A DNA stretch of 64,000 nucleotides from Eledone cirrhosa (GCA_964016885.1 OZ024748.1:33294001-33358000); one strand, 5' to 3'; positions 29,810-43,761 are shown, counted from the stretch's first letter. The notes: generated from the letters alone by a model not told the origin. Numbers and translations: made by a program.

Positions 29810-32800
29810 ATATATATATATATAAATAGTATTAAGGATACTATTTATGGTTATGTATATAGTAAACTTTTTATAGTTAGATATATTTTAAACCATAAAC
29901 AGTGAAAGACAGTAATTTATTACTACCTTATTACCAGTAAGATAAATAGCTCAATGTAATAACATCAGTTGTTCTACAGAGCAGTTATATAGAATTCACA
30001 TGAATCAAAGTTCTGTTCAAACCATTTATTAGCGTACAATTGTTTCGGAGTCTTCGGAGCAATTTTTCAATGATTGTTTACATACATGACCTCCTTTCCA
30101 ACACAAGAGACATACAGATACATATGAATATATCGATGCACAGTGGGGTGACATCCATTGTAATATTTTTGCATGGTAATTTAAATTCAAAAATTAAAAT
30201 CATATTAAAACAGAATCAAAGCAAAATTAAAGTTAAAATACAACATCGGCAGTTTACGTGGATAATGCAAGAGGATAGTTTGTTAGTCAGTTGAAGTAGT
30301 TAGTGCATGCAATAGTTACACATGGGGCATGCACGTGTGTCTTATTTATATAAGATTATTGTGCGGCAAGGTGTTATATGCAATACAAGTACTTTAAGCG
30401 GGTAATCAAGAGTATTATGGAGGTTGTAGTGGTAAATATTTTTTGTGTATGATAAAGAAGCTTGTGTGCAGAGAAATATTATAAATGAGAAGCAAAATAA
30501 TGTTATGGTTTTTGTATACACCACCATTTTCACAATTCAGGAAACGTAATATATAGTTTATATGTCCTTCACATAATTAACGATGATTTATAATTGGCTG
30601 TTTGATGTATTAAGTTAAATTATTACAGCTTATTGTGGCTCAGTGTTCTTTAATCCAATTTTATAGAGCAGGTTGTTTTTGTTGCGAGAATTTACATCGT
30701 TTTATTTTCCGGAAGTATGTGTGTGATTAAGGGGAGTTAATGCGTGAGGGGAGGTAACTAGCTGATTTCTATAACTAAATTTATTATTCCAATGTACATT
30801 AAAAGGTGTCTCAATTGAGTCCCTTATATATATGGTGATATACAGTTTCCAAATTTAAGTACCCTATATTTTAAATTAGAGTCTACTCTATCAATAAGTA
30901 CTAAAGGTATTACTCCCTATCATAGAGTGCTACAACTGAATATTCCATACGAAGTGTCAGATCTCCATATCAATGTTCTTTGTAAATGTAGTCTACTCAC
31001 AGAACCTGACAGGGTCTTATTAGAACCACGTCTATATATAACCCCTGGTAAGCTCTGGCTCAGCGCATGGCTGATTGCATGGCAAAGTTAAATATCTCAC
31101 TTACAATGTCATTAATCTGTCTATCAGGTTATACATGTATGTATAACTCATATACCACTTGTATATAATTCATTGTACTCAACATATAGGTTATATAGCT
31201 CTTTTATGTTAATAAATTAATCTTCTATTTATCTAATGATAGCACTCCATACATACAACAACATTTGCACAAATAATTCAGTGTTTAAAGTTTACATATA
31301 ATTATATAGTGATATAATGTAGTCTAAGTAATTGAAGGTAATTATACTAAAAGTAGGTGAACATGGGGATATTTCTAGGGTAAAAGGTTTTAGATAGATG
31401 TCACGAATTGTGTTAAGATAGGGTGGATCATTGAGTGTGGAGTTGCGGTGTGTTACTAGAAGTGGTGATGGGTTCAAGTCTGACATTGCTATATATTGGG
31501 TTTAAAGTTTTGGAAGGAGTGTCGGAAGCGGTTCTGGCATGACGCGAACACTTCTGATTTTTTATTAAGGAGGTTATGGTTTGAGAAGATAATAGTATGG
31601 GTCTCTAGTAGACAGAGGTTACAAAATTTATTAGGTGGTTTGTACGATGTCGCCTTACCTATCACTTTCCATTTAAGTGTATAAGATCTATTTTTAGTTT
31701 TTAGATAGTGTGTGTAGCTAGATAGTGAAGTTGAGTTGGCTAGACTGTGTTTTTTGAAAGAATGGAGGTGCGAATTGTATCTGGTTTTGAAGCAGTTTGA
31801 AGTAGAGCCTATATAGGTTTCAGAAGAGTTGCTAGTTGTGACGGTGCATGAGTATATGATATCCTTGATTAAGCATTTTTTATCTAAAGAGCAGGTTCTA
31901 TTAGATCTACAGTTACAATTATTTTGGATGTTAGCCTGCCGGTTATTATGTTGTGTAGAAGTATGGATGGTAGCTGTAGGATTATGGTTATGGGGGTTGT
32001 TGTTCCCAGCGTTATTGCTTACACTAATGCTATTACTATTATTACTATTGTTATCAGGGTTAGTTGATATAATGTTATTTTGAAGGTTTACCCCCTGTTG
32101 TGATTTAGTTTGTTGGAAGTAAGAATTAATTTTTCTTTTATTGCTACTAGCTATGTGGTATGCTATGTTAGGCGTGGTAGAGTAGGAGATTTTAATTGTG
32201 TTTTTGTTTAAAAGACTATGGTACTTGTGGCCAGATGGGAAGTTTTTATCTAGGAGTGAGAAGAAAGCATTAGGTAGGTTGGTAGAAACGTTTAGATTGA
32301 AAGGAGGGTTGAAAAATGTATTATTTCTTCTTCTATTTTTGTTTTTTTATGTCTGGTGAGTTGTTTCCGTTTATGGTACTATGGTAACTTCTGTGGTGTG
32401 GGTTACGTTTGTTTGCATCCTTCGTATTAGTGTGTGTGTGGTTGCTATTCTTATTACTATTTTTCCTCATGGACATATTGTGCGAAATAATGTTGTAGCT
32501 ATGTGTTTTTGTAGGTAGGAACTCGATCTCCTTATTATGGCCTGATCTAGCTCATGCCTGATTATAATATTGCGAGTTTTTGCTAAATATGTTTACGTCA
32601 TAGGATAGATTAGTGATTCTATTGGATACTCCCTTAGAGATAGAGTTTAATATTGATCTAGGGTGGTTAGACTTGGTATCTACGTAAATCAGTTTTTCGT
32701 TAGGTTTATGGAATGGTATATATATCCTTGAGTCTAGGTAGAGGGTGGCGTCTAGGAAGTTAACGTTTTTAGTGTTTTTGTCTATGGTGATACTTAGGTT

Positions 32801-33194
32801 ATAGTTTTTGAAAGTCTTGTGCAATAGTTTTCTAGTTCTTTCTATATTGAATTTTTTATAGTCTATAAGTAGAAGTGCATCATCGCGGTACAAACCACCG
32901 TTGAGGTATGGAAGGTCCTTATGGATTTTGTTAAGTAAATATAGGCCGACCAAATCAGTGACCTGCGCCGAGTCACTAGATCCCATGGTTATGTCGAAGT
33001 TGTTTTACGTATCCTTGCGGGTCCATAATTGGTCTTCAAATGTGATTACGATTTTATGGGCCGCAAGTATGACATCAATCTGGGGTCTAGTCAGGTCACT
33101 ATTGTTCATGGCCATGATTAGTGCCTTATTTAATAGGATAGGGGAAATAGAGGTGTAGTATCAATTGATATAAAATTGAATACATTTTTTATCC

Positions 33195-34067
33195 TTGTTT
33201 TCCTTGATATCTTTGAACCATTCAATAACTTCACCCGTATTTTTAGACCCTCCTTTCAATCTAAACGTCTCTACCAACCTACCTAAGGCTTTCTTCTCAC
33301 TCCTAGATAAAAACTTCCCATCTGGCCACAACTACCATAGCCTTTTAAACAAAAACACAATTAAAATCTCCTACTCTACCACACCTAACATAGCATACCA
33401 CATAGCTAGTAGCAATAAAAGAAAAATTAATTCTTACTTCCAACAAACTAAATCACAACAGGGGGTAAACCTTCAAAATAACATTATATCAACTAACCCT
33501 GATAACAATAGTAATAATAGTAATAGCACTAGTGTAAGCAATAACGCTGGGAACGACAATCCCCATAACCATAATCCTACAGCTACCATCCATACTTCTA
33601 CACAACATAATAACCGGCAGGCTAACATCCAAAATAATTGTAACTGTAGATCTAATAGAACCTGCTCTTTAGATAAAAAATGCTTAATCAAGGATATCAT
33701 ATACTCATGCACCGTCACAACTAGCAACTCTTCTGAAACCTATATAGGCTCTACTTCAAACTGCTTCAAAACCAGATACAATTCGCACCTCCATTCTTTC
33801 AAAAAAAACAGTCTAGCCAACTCCACTTCACTATCTAGCTACATACACTATCTAAAAACTAAAAATAGATCTTATACACTTAAATGGAAAGTGATAGGTA
33901 AGGCGACATCGTACAAACCACCTAATAAATTTTGTAACCTCTGTCTACTAGAGACCCATACTATTATCTTCTCAAACCATAACCTCCTTAATAAAAAATC
34001 AGAAGTGTTCGCGTCATGCCAGAACCGCTTCCGACACTCCTTCCAAAACTTTAAACCCAATATATAG
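33195..34067 (+). pseudogene. PLE linker + GIY-YIG endonuclease (inverted-arm copy; N-terminus is a junction artefact)
   Basis: PPFNLNVSTN, CNCRSNRTCSLDKKC, IIYSC...YIGST...FKTRYNSH, CNLCLLE...LLNKKSE. Confidence 0.85.
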
Positions 34068-35527
34068 CAATGTCAGACTTGAACCCATCACCACTTCTAG
34101 CAACACACCTCAAGGGCACACCTTACACCGCAACTCCACACTCAATGATCCACCCTATCTTAACACAATTCGTGACATCTATCTAAAACCTTTTACCCTA
34201 GAAATATCCCCATGTTCACCTACTTTTAGTATAATTACCTTCAATTACTTAGACTACATTATATCACTATATAATTATATGTAAACTTTAAACACTGAAT
34301 TATTTGTGCAAATGTTGTTGTATGTATGGAGTGCTATCATTAGATAAATAGAAGATTAATTTATTAACATAAAAGAGCTATATAACCTATATGTTGAGTA
34401 CAATGAATTATATACAAGTGGTATATGAGTTATACATACATGTATAACTTGATAGACAGATTAATGACATTGTAAGTGAGATATTTAACTTTGCCATGCA
34501 ATCAGCCATGCGCTGACCCAGAGCTTACCAGGGGTTATATATAGACGTGGTTCTAATAAGACCCTGTCAGGTTCTGTGAGTAGACTACATTTACAAAGAA
34601 CATTGATATGGAGATCTGACTCTTCGTATGGAATATTCAGTTGTAGCACTCTATGATAGGGAGTAATCATCCTAATATAGATACCTTTAGTACTTCTTGA
34701 TAGAGTAGACTGTAATTTAAAATATAGGGTACTTAAATTTGGAAACTGTATATAACCATATATATAAGGGACTCAATTGAGACACCTTTTAATGTACATT
34801 GGAATAATAAATTTAGTTATAGAAATCAGCTAGTTACCTCCCCTCACGCATTAACTCCACTTAATCACACATATACTTCCGGAAAATAAAACGATGTAAA
34901 TTCTCGCAACAAAAACCTGCTCTATAAAATTGGATTAAAGAACACTGAGCCGCAACAAGCTGTAATAATTTAACTTAATACATCAAACATCCAATACTAA
35001 ATCATCGTTAATTATGTGAAGGACATATAAACTATATATTACGTTTCCTGAATTGTGAAAATGGTGGTGTATACAAAAACCATAACATTATTTTGCTTCT
35101 CATTTATAATATTTCTCTGCACACAAGCTTCTTTATCATACACAAAAAATATTTACCACTACAACCTCCATAATACTCTTGATTACCCGCTTAAAGTCCT
35201 TGTATTGCATATAACACCTTGCCGCACAATAATCTCATATAAATAAGACACACGTGCATGCCCCATGTGTAACTATTGCATGCACTAACTACTTCAACTG
35301 ACTAACAAACTATCCTCTTGCATTATCTACGTAAACTGCCGATGTTGTATTTTAACTTTAATTTTACTTTGATTCTGTTTTAATATGATTTTAATTTTTG
35401 AATTTAAATTACCATGCAAAAATATTATAATGGATGTCACCACACTGTGCATCGATATATACATATGTATCTGTATGTCTCTTGTGTTGGAAAGGAGGTC
35501 ATGTATGTAAACAATCATTGAAAAATT

Positions 35528-35573
35528 GCTCCGAAGACTCCCAAACCTCGGTTTGGACGAAACAATTGTAAGC
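35528..35573 (+). ncRNA. Degenerate minimal hammerhead family F (mirror with stem II deletion at 30032-30060, minus strand)
   Basis: GCT-CCGAAGA-CTCCCAAACC..GGTTTGGAC-GAAA-CAATTG-TA-AGC; U4 is C in both copies. Confidence 0.55.
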
Positions 35574-35602
35574 TAATAAATGGTTTGAACAGAACTTTCA
35601 TT

Positions 35603-35680
<78 letters not shown>

Positions 35681-36183
35681 CTCTTCGTCCTCCTTCAAAC
35701 ACGCCTGAAGCCTCCGCAACCTCCTCGTCCGCAGCTCCCTACCCCCATTACCCCGTTCCCCCTTAGTTCCTTTCCTTGCACCAGACCTGCCTCCACCCCA
35801 CCAACACCACCACCTTCCAGGGTCCCATTGGCCAGTCTCTCTCTGTTCGGCATGCCTTCCGCTGCACCTCCTCCAACCTCATCTACAGACGATATATACA
35901 GGCGATATCTATATATATACACACACACACACATATATGTATATATATATATATATATAGTAATAATAATAATAATAATAATAATAGAAATAATAATAAA
36001 TTTGAAGACTTATAATCAAAGAGGGCTCGATAAGGATAAATATATATCAAATATATAAGAACCGTAGATCAAATATTTATTAAAATAGATTAAAGTTTAA
36101 GCAAAGAATCTGTTATTTTAATATATATATATTAAAATAACAGACTAAAGTTTAATCACCGATTCTTTGCTTAAGCTTTAATA

Positions 36184-36251
<68 letters not shown>

Positions 36252-36377
36252 TAACAGACTAAAGTTTAAGCAGCGATTCTTTGCTTAAACTTTAATATTT
36301 TAATAAATATATATACATATATATATATATATATAAATTCAAAATATTAACAAAATAGATATTCTTGTGATCAAGTA

Positions 36378-36446
36378 TATTTTATTATACACATATCTCA
36401 GAGGTATTGAGTTAAGTTCAACAGTACGTCCTCATCAGATAAAATA
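36378..36446 (-). ncRNA. Degenerate hammerhead family G
   Basis: Minus strand: TATTTTAT-CTGATGA-GGACGTACTGTTGA..TCAATACCTCT-GAGA-TATGTGTA-TA-ATAAAATA. Perfect 8-bp stem I; GAAA mutated to GAGA. Confidence 0.55.
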
Positions 36447-37139
36447 AGATGATGCATGACATACTTTGACATAGTAGATGGTTAAGATTCAGTCATGGTA
36501 GTGATTAATATATGACAAAACTCAATATGTATACCCTAATATTGAGAACATGAGAAAAATATATAATACAAACAATAGAGAGGGTGCGTGTAATACAGCT
36601 TAAAAAATACATGGCATCAATATAACAGTTAAACATTTTTTTTAAACTGAAGCAAGAGGAAATAAAGGAAACAGATTATGGGATACTATATTTAGTAGGT
36701 GCTTCGAAAGACAAATGAAAGATGATTAAAGAGAGAGAGAGAGACAAAGGAGAGTAATTTATGTTCAAGTTTATAGACAATTATCGATATATGCAACTTA
36801 TTTAGTTGACCGTTAATATTCAAAATATTTAATTTAAGTTATTTCAGAGTAATGAGTAATATTTTAGGTTTTAAAAGTTAATAGGTATCTGTATTAATAT
36901 TATATTAGGGGTCGATAAAATAAAGTACCAGTAATGAACTGGGTAATTGCTGGCCTTGTGCCTAAAGTAGAAACAATTTATACAATATTATACTATATTT
37001 ATTTATACAATATTATACTATCAACTTTAATTTCTAAAATTCAAATTTTATGAAAACAAATTTAAAGGATTTACGAACACGAGAAAGAAAATATATAATG
37101 CGTTTATACCCTCACGAAGGTAATCTTTCCCGACATTAT

Positions 37140-37322
37140 TGGCAGTATCGGTAGAGAGTCGGACACCATGCTTTGAAGCATAGAGTTATGTCCCTTTAAG
37201 ATCTGAGTTCAAATCCCGCCGAGGTTAACTTTGCCTTTCATCCTTACGGGGTCGATAAAATAAAGTACCAGTAATGTACTGTGTAATTGCTGGCCTTGTG
37301 CCTAAAATAGAAACAATTATTT
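37140..37322 (+). mobile_element. tRNA-derived SINE (3' fragments also at ~36908-36980 and ~49955-50062)
   Basis: A-box-like TGGCAGTATCGG, B-box GAGTTCAAATCC, body GCCTTTCATCCTTACGGGGTCGATAAAATAAAGTACCAG, (ATT)n tail. Confidence 0.75.
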
Positions 37323-39020
37323 ATAATATTGACAACAGTTGATATAATATAATTTATAAAATAATTATAGTTATAATTATGTAAGAATTTATGATTAAAC
37401 AGTTTGAGTGCCTAAAGGATCAACGGCCTTATAACTAAACTTAAATAAGTCTGAATTTTTAATTATATATATGTGTTAATAAAAAAATACACAAGGATTA
37501 TAATGTCTAAAGACTTTCAAATATATATAACATAATACAATATAGTAAATAAGTTACTGAAAATATTGATTAAAAAATATATATATTGTTACCATATATT
37601 GTTAAAAAATTAATGTTTTATATCAATTATTGTGAAATGTTCATTTAGTTTATATATACTCTAAATATATAAGTCAACACTACATGAGTCCTAATGATAG
37701 GGGCCAGATACAAAATAAATATAAAAATAAAAATAATGAATTGTTTGCGAAACTTAAAAATGCCCAATATTAAAAATATATTATAAAATGTAATAGGGTT
37801 TTAATATATAGTAGACAAAAGGTACGTCTAAAATATCTAGTGAATGTGATAGAAAGAGGAGCTAAATATTTGAAAAGGCCGAAGGTAATCTAAATTTAAT
37901 TAAAATAAAATAAATTAAATTAAATTAAATTATATTAAATTAAGTAATAATCATTATATAAATTCGAACTTCCAGGGAATATCTAACATTTATAACACTA
38001 GAGAGTCATTTGACTATCTAAATTATTTATAAATGTAACTACGAGTATGTTATTACACTAGATAAACATATTTGTACAACTATATAGAGATTTTATTATA
38101 GGTGTTAGTGAAACGGTATACATTTAATAAATAAATAATTATAATCATTATTAGTAATGCTATAATTGTAGTTTTACCTACAGTTCAGTGGAGAGAGAGA
38201 CCAATATTTGTCGACTATTATGGTTTGTTATATTTATACCTAGATATATATAAAAATAGATAAGTGCAAATCTAACTTTCTGAGTCCCCAAAACATACGC
38301 CAAATGAGTAAAATATGCAAACGCATGAATGATCTACAGTTCAATTATAACCGGTAAATTTACAAGTTAAATATCCAAATTATATATTTAAAACAGAGAC
38401 AGATAAATAAATGTCCGAAGCATTACACCTATAACAAGCTATGTAAGGATTTACTGCTATCAATAGACCCCAAGGGTCTACAAACACAGAGAACATCGGA
38501 GCGCTAGGATACACAACTAACTATGTAAAGATTCACCACTATTCAACAGACCCCATGAGGTCTACAGATACACACAGAGATTTGAACCCTACTACTACAG
38601 AACACAAATGTGGAAGATTCACCGCTGACTGCAGGCCACGGTAATTCACAGTTAATACAGACCATTCAGAGATATACATACCATATCTCTCTCTCTTACT
38701 AACACGGTTTCACAACTACTACCACGGACTCCAAATTCCAACAACAACAACAAGTATCTGTCGCTCACTGCTTTCACACCAACAACAACAACAGACTACA
38801 ACAGCCTCACATCAGAAACAATAACAACATTAACAACTCTTGGTAACTGTTTTATATGTACTTTTTAATTGATACACGTGAAGTAAACTGTATATAACCA
38901 AATCATTTATTCTTATATTCTTTATATTCCTATTATACATTTACAACTATACTTTGTTATTATTGTCATTTCTAATAACCACATATAACCATTCTAACTT
39001 TCATTTTTAACCATTCGTTA

Positions 39021-39082
<62 letters not shown>

Positions 39083-39119
39083 GCATGTTTCTCAGACATG
39101 ACACCCTTAATTTAATTTA

Positions 39120-39164
<45 letters not shown>

Positions 39165-39804
39165 ATAAGAAACAGAGAATCAGTGTTGCGACGAATAAAA
39201 TTTATTAGACATATTACAATCGTTTCTCTGGCGACCAGCTCGAGGCACGGTCGATGTAATGATCGAACCTCACTCTGAAATCGCAAGGTCCTCAGATACG
39301 TCTCGCTTCTACGAAGCAGAGTTTCCAAATGTCCAGTTACACCCGTGGCCTTCACTCGGCAGCTTAGATCCTGTTGTTGTGATTCGATGAGTGGTCAAGA
39401 ATTGTACACGTCATCGGTATTTTTGGCCACTCATGGCCGTCGTATATTTGGTTGCTTTCATTTGCCACCTGTCAATCAAAATTGTTTGTTAAATCGGAAT
39501 TACTACTGTAGGAGATAAGGCGCTGTATGAATGAACCGCTGGCGACGTGTCGCTGCCTTCTCAAACTGTAGTCGCCCGCACCCATGTCCATCTTTTTCGC
39601 TTAGGTGTGGTACATATGGGCACTTATACACCTACAGTGATCACATGCAGACACACATATACATATATATGTATAAAGTAATAATAATAAATATGAAAGC
39701 AGCGATTCTTTGCTTAAACTTTAATCTGTTATTTTAATTAATATATATGTATATATATAGCAATAATAATAAATTTGAAGACTAAAATCCAAAGAGGGTT
39801 ATAT

Positions 39805-40265
39805 ATCATCATCATCGTTTAACGTCTATCTTCCATGCTAGCATGGGTTTAGACGAGAATTGTCCTATGTGAGGCAAAATTGGTTGTCTCGCTCGTATAG
39901 GTCTGCCTGGCGGGTTTTCTACAGCTGGATGCTCTTCCGAACACCAACCACATTTACAGTGTGGACTGGGAGGTTTTTACCGTGTTACCTACACGGCCAC
40001 ATTACAGCATGGACTGTGTGTTTTTTTTTGTCTTGACACCTACACGACCTCATTTATTTAGGACTGGATGTTGTGGCTCCAATGTAACTTTACAGAGAAA
40101 GTGGTGGTATGGGTAGGGATAGGGGTAGTGGGATGGGGGTGTATTTTTAGTTAGAAGGAGCCTACTGACTGTAGGTTTCGCTTTGTACTTAGGCAAGGCG
40201 GGTCTTCTGTATTATTGCATAGCGCCAAAGATCTCGGTCCAGTGACAGTCTTGGTGAGGTGTAAG
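39805..40265 (-). mobile_element. RTE-LINE 3' end / RTE-tailed SINE fragment (related copies ~46888-47235 and ~55270-55730)
   Basis: (CAT)n tail followed by CGTTTAACGTC..TTCCATGCTAGCATGGGTT..CTGGATGC, shared with the 3' UTR of the RTE at 40391-41383. Confidence 0.7.
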
Positions 40266-40294
40266 TGTGTAAGTATATATATATATACACATAT

Positions 40295-40378
<84 letters not shown>

Positions 40379-40390
40379 ATATATATATAC

Positions 40391-41383
40391 ATTAAGAATG
40401 TAGGATTCACATGCAGCAGCTGTGCTGAAACAGCAAGCAAACAGCCACAGGAAACAAGTACCACCAATCTCTGGGAGGGCCCTGTAGAAACAGTAGACAG
40501 CTTCTGCTACCTAGGTGACCGAATTAGCAACGGAGGTGGGTGCTCAGAAAGTACAATAACTAGGGTAAGAACGGGATGGAAGAAGTTTAGGGAACTACTA
40601 CCACTGCTAGCTGCAAAAGGCTTCTCCCTCAGAATGAAAGGCAGACTGTATGATGCGTGTATCCGAACAGCGATGTTGCATGGTAGTGAGACCTGGGCGC
40701 TGAAGGTGGAAGACTTACGTAGATTAGAGAGAAACGAAGCCTGCATGCTCCGATGGATGTGTAACAGTAATATACGTGAACGACAAAGCATAAATGAATT
40801 GAGAGAGAGACTGAGCATAAGAGGAATCAAATGCTGCGTGCAGGAGAGGCGGTTACGCTGGTATGGACATGTGATGCGTATGAAGGATGACAGCTGCATA
40901 AAAAGGTGCAGAGCACTAGAAGTTGATGGAAACCGCGGAGTGGGGAGACCCAAGATGACTTGGGATGAGGTGATAAAAGCTGACCTTACCCAACTACACC
41001 TCTCAAAGTCAATGACACACGACCGTGACTTCTGGCGTCACGCAGTAATACAGGGTACCCGACCTCCCATGGGTACATGCTGAAGCATATAAACAATATG
41101 CCCCCCCCCCCCACCGCAAGGTGGTCGTGGAGGTGCCACGGCAAAAAAGCACCCAGCCCACACTGTAAAGTGGACGTGTAGGCGCCACGAAAAAGCACCC
41201 AGCACTCACTGTAAATGAGGTTGGTGTTAGGAAGGGCATCCAGCTGTAGAAATCAAGCCAGATCAGTTCCTGTATGAGCAAGGCATGGTCAGCCGACCAG
41301 ACACTGCCCACAACAGGACAACCCGTCTAACCCATGCTAGCGTGGAAGAACGGACGTAAAACGGTGATGATGATGATGATGAT
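40391..41383 (+). mobile_element. 5'-truncated RTE-clade LINE (RT C-terminus + 3' UTR + (GAT)n tail)
   Basis: [46 protein letters not shown]; (GAT)n tail. Confidence 0.9.
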
Positions 41384-42412
41384 ATATATATATAATTATA
41401 TAAGAAAGTAAGTCCATAGAATCATTAGATAAAATATATACAGTATTTCTTTTCCCAATCAGCATAATCAACCATACAAAAAATCATTTAAACGAGGCTA
41501 TAAGTTTAAAATATAGCTATGAAGAAATAATAGACAAATAAATGATAGCTTTTTATCCGCAATTCACAGCCACAGAAAATTTACCTAGTATTTCTGATAG
41601 CCTGTAGAAATTGACTAGACATACAGTAACCATACATAATAAGGTACAAAATCAAAGTTAGAAGAAAAAGTGTACATAAACATACCAAAATCATCAAATC
41701 TATCTCTACCCCCGGAGGTTGCATTCACTTTTAGGATATATCCGATCTTGGATAAATCGAGTTTCGAAATCGTCAGGAGACAAACTCAATTGGACAAAGA
41801 TTTTTCTTAAATGATCCCCGCCAGAAACGGATTCAAAATGGCTAAGAACCATCACGTGGCCAGTGGTCAAGTCAGAAAGCTTGTGATTGGTGCCTGTTGG
41901 CGAGTAGGCTAGTTGCTAGAAAGCGCAGCCGAATACTGCCTAAAGTTTTACTCAACCTTACGGGAGTATATAACATTTAGAAGTCTATATACATATAAAC
42001 AAGACAGAGCCAGATATATATATATATATGTTTTTGGCAACCATTCACGGTGTGGCTCAATGACGAATTAATTATGCTGATTGGGAGAAGAAATACTGTA
42101 TATATTTTATCTAATGATTCTATGGACTTACTTTCTTATATATTGCTCTGATTGTTGAATATTTAATTAATTAATTCGTCATTGAGCCACACCGTGAATG
42201 GTTGCCAAAAAGATATATATATATATATATGGCTTTGTCGAGTTTATATGTATGTAAACTTCTAAATTTTATATATATAATTATATATATACATATACAT
42301 ATACATATATATATATATATGTATACATATATATATATATGTATATATATATACATATATAATTATATATATACATATATATACATATATACATATATAA
42401 TTATATATATAC

Positions 42413-42455
<43 letters not shown>

Positions 42456-42488
42456 TAATTATATTTATACATATATATACAATCCTTG

Positions 42489-42706
42489 TGACAATCACTT
42501 TTACCATATATGGAATTACCCCCTGAGAAGCTCGGCTATTCATATACCAGGATAAAATTTTTCATTTAGTCCAGAATTAGCCGTCGAAACGGCTTGAGCT
42601 CAGCCGTCGGGGTCCTACTCGTTCCTATTACCCACTCTACTGCCCTAAATATTGAGTACTTTGGTGCGTTATGGTCCACCTGGTTCCTTACCACATTTCC
42701 TTCGTT
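42489..42706 (+). mobile_element. Solo pseudo-LTR fragment of the family A PLE with hammerhead (42518-42613)
   Basis: Homologous to ~1520-1737. Core is CTGAGAA, stem III is fully Watson-Crick (CGGCT/AGCCG). Flanked by (TA)n-rich tracts. Confidence 0.85.
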
Positions 42707-43132
42707 ATATATATATATATTAATAAAGTTAGTCCTTCATCAGTGATCTTCCAACCATCATTGGTATTTCATCGCTTTAAAGACCATATACCTCCGGTTG
42801 GTGCGAGCAACGGCTAAAAAAAGTCGTTGGGACACGTAAATAAAGGGGACACGAGAGTGTAAACAAACAAAGATGGTGAAGCAACGAAAAGTGAGGAAGA
42901 ACGAGTCAAGTCCCAAATTTCCATTAATATAAGTTCGGTGAAATCGTGAACGAGAGAGAATATACATATATGTATATATATATATTTATTTATTTAGGTT
43001 TGTTGGTTCACCACTGGATAGACTTGGTCATTCCGTATGGTAAATCTCGATGTAATATTATGGAGAGTACTCAACGTAATGCAGCTCACCCATCTTCGTT
43101 TGTGTAGTTGGTGGTGCGAGTACGAAGTTAAT

Positions 43133-43525
43133 TATTATAAAATAACAGGAGGCTGGGCTGGTGTAAATCCTTGAAAGGTTTATTATACTATGATCATTTC
43201 AATGACCTGGTTCAATATCAATCCGGTGATATCATCAGGTATTCGAAATATAACAAGGTAATATAACAGATAAAATCCAAGGGGCTGAAAATCAAAGACA
43301 AGAGGACGACCGACCATCTAGCAGTTTCTACCTCAGTCGGTCGCCCTAAGGTCGTCCTCTTGTCTTTGATTTTCAGCCCCTTGGATTTTATCTGTTATAT
43401 TCCCTTGTTATATTTCGAATACCTGATATCACCGGATTCATACTGAACCCGGTCATTGAAATGATCATAGTATAATAAACCTTTCAAGGATTTACACCAG
43501 TCCAGCATCCTGTTATTTTATAATA
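43133..43525. repeat. ~390 bp fold-back element with a hammerhead in each arm (family H)
   Basis: Arms 43133-43311 / 43350-43525 are near-perfect reverse complements. Confidence 0.85.
43185..43242 (-). ncRNA. Minimal hammerhead family H (right-arm copy 43419-43473 has a core deletion)
   Basis: ATAC-CTGATGA-TATCACCGG..CCAGGTCATT-GAAA-TGATCA-TA-GTAT. Confidence 0.65.
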
Positions 43526-43761
43526 TATATACATATACATACAGTATTTACGTATCGAGAGAGAGAAAAAAAAAGGGAGGATAGGTGATACATATAGTTA
43601 TTTGCCAAGTAGCGTATGCCAAAGGTGCTCGATACTAGTGCCGGCAGTATTAAATATTCGAAGTGTTAATATTTAGTGGGCTAGAGAATTAGCAGAGCGT
43701 AAGCATGTGGGGAAAGTAAGAAATCGGAGAATAGACCGTTAAAACATGTTTATTTAAAACA

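Larger units (their letters stand above)
29991..35614. mobile_element. Decayed Penelope-like element with inverted arms (29991-32309 / 33247-35614)
   Basis: Minus-strand RT remnants (MGSSDSAQVTDLVGLYLL, GGLYRDDALL, NFLDATL; 32552-33245) and an EN in both arms; ~1.5 kb 3' region ending in a hammerhead-like motif. Confidence 0.9.

Noticed and set aside
37140-37220. tRNA gene (also 59840-59912)
   Set aside because: A/B boxes are present but there is no cloverleaf and the sequence continues into a SINE body.
38103-39614. Possible solo LTRs at ~38103-39023 and ~39184-39614
   Set aside because: Only weak terminal similarity and no TSD; not enough support.
41745-41790. Minus-strand CTGACGA-TTTC-GAAA hammerhead-like core
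   Set aside because: No stem II and no pairing stem I.
42721-42750. Minus-strand CTGATGA
   Set aside because: Truncated by (TA)n before any GAAA or stem III.
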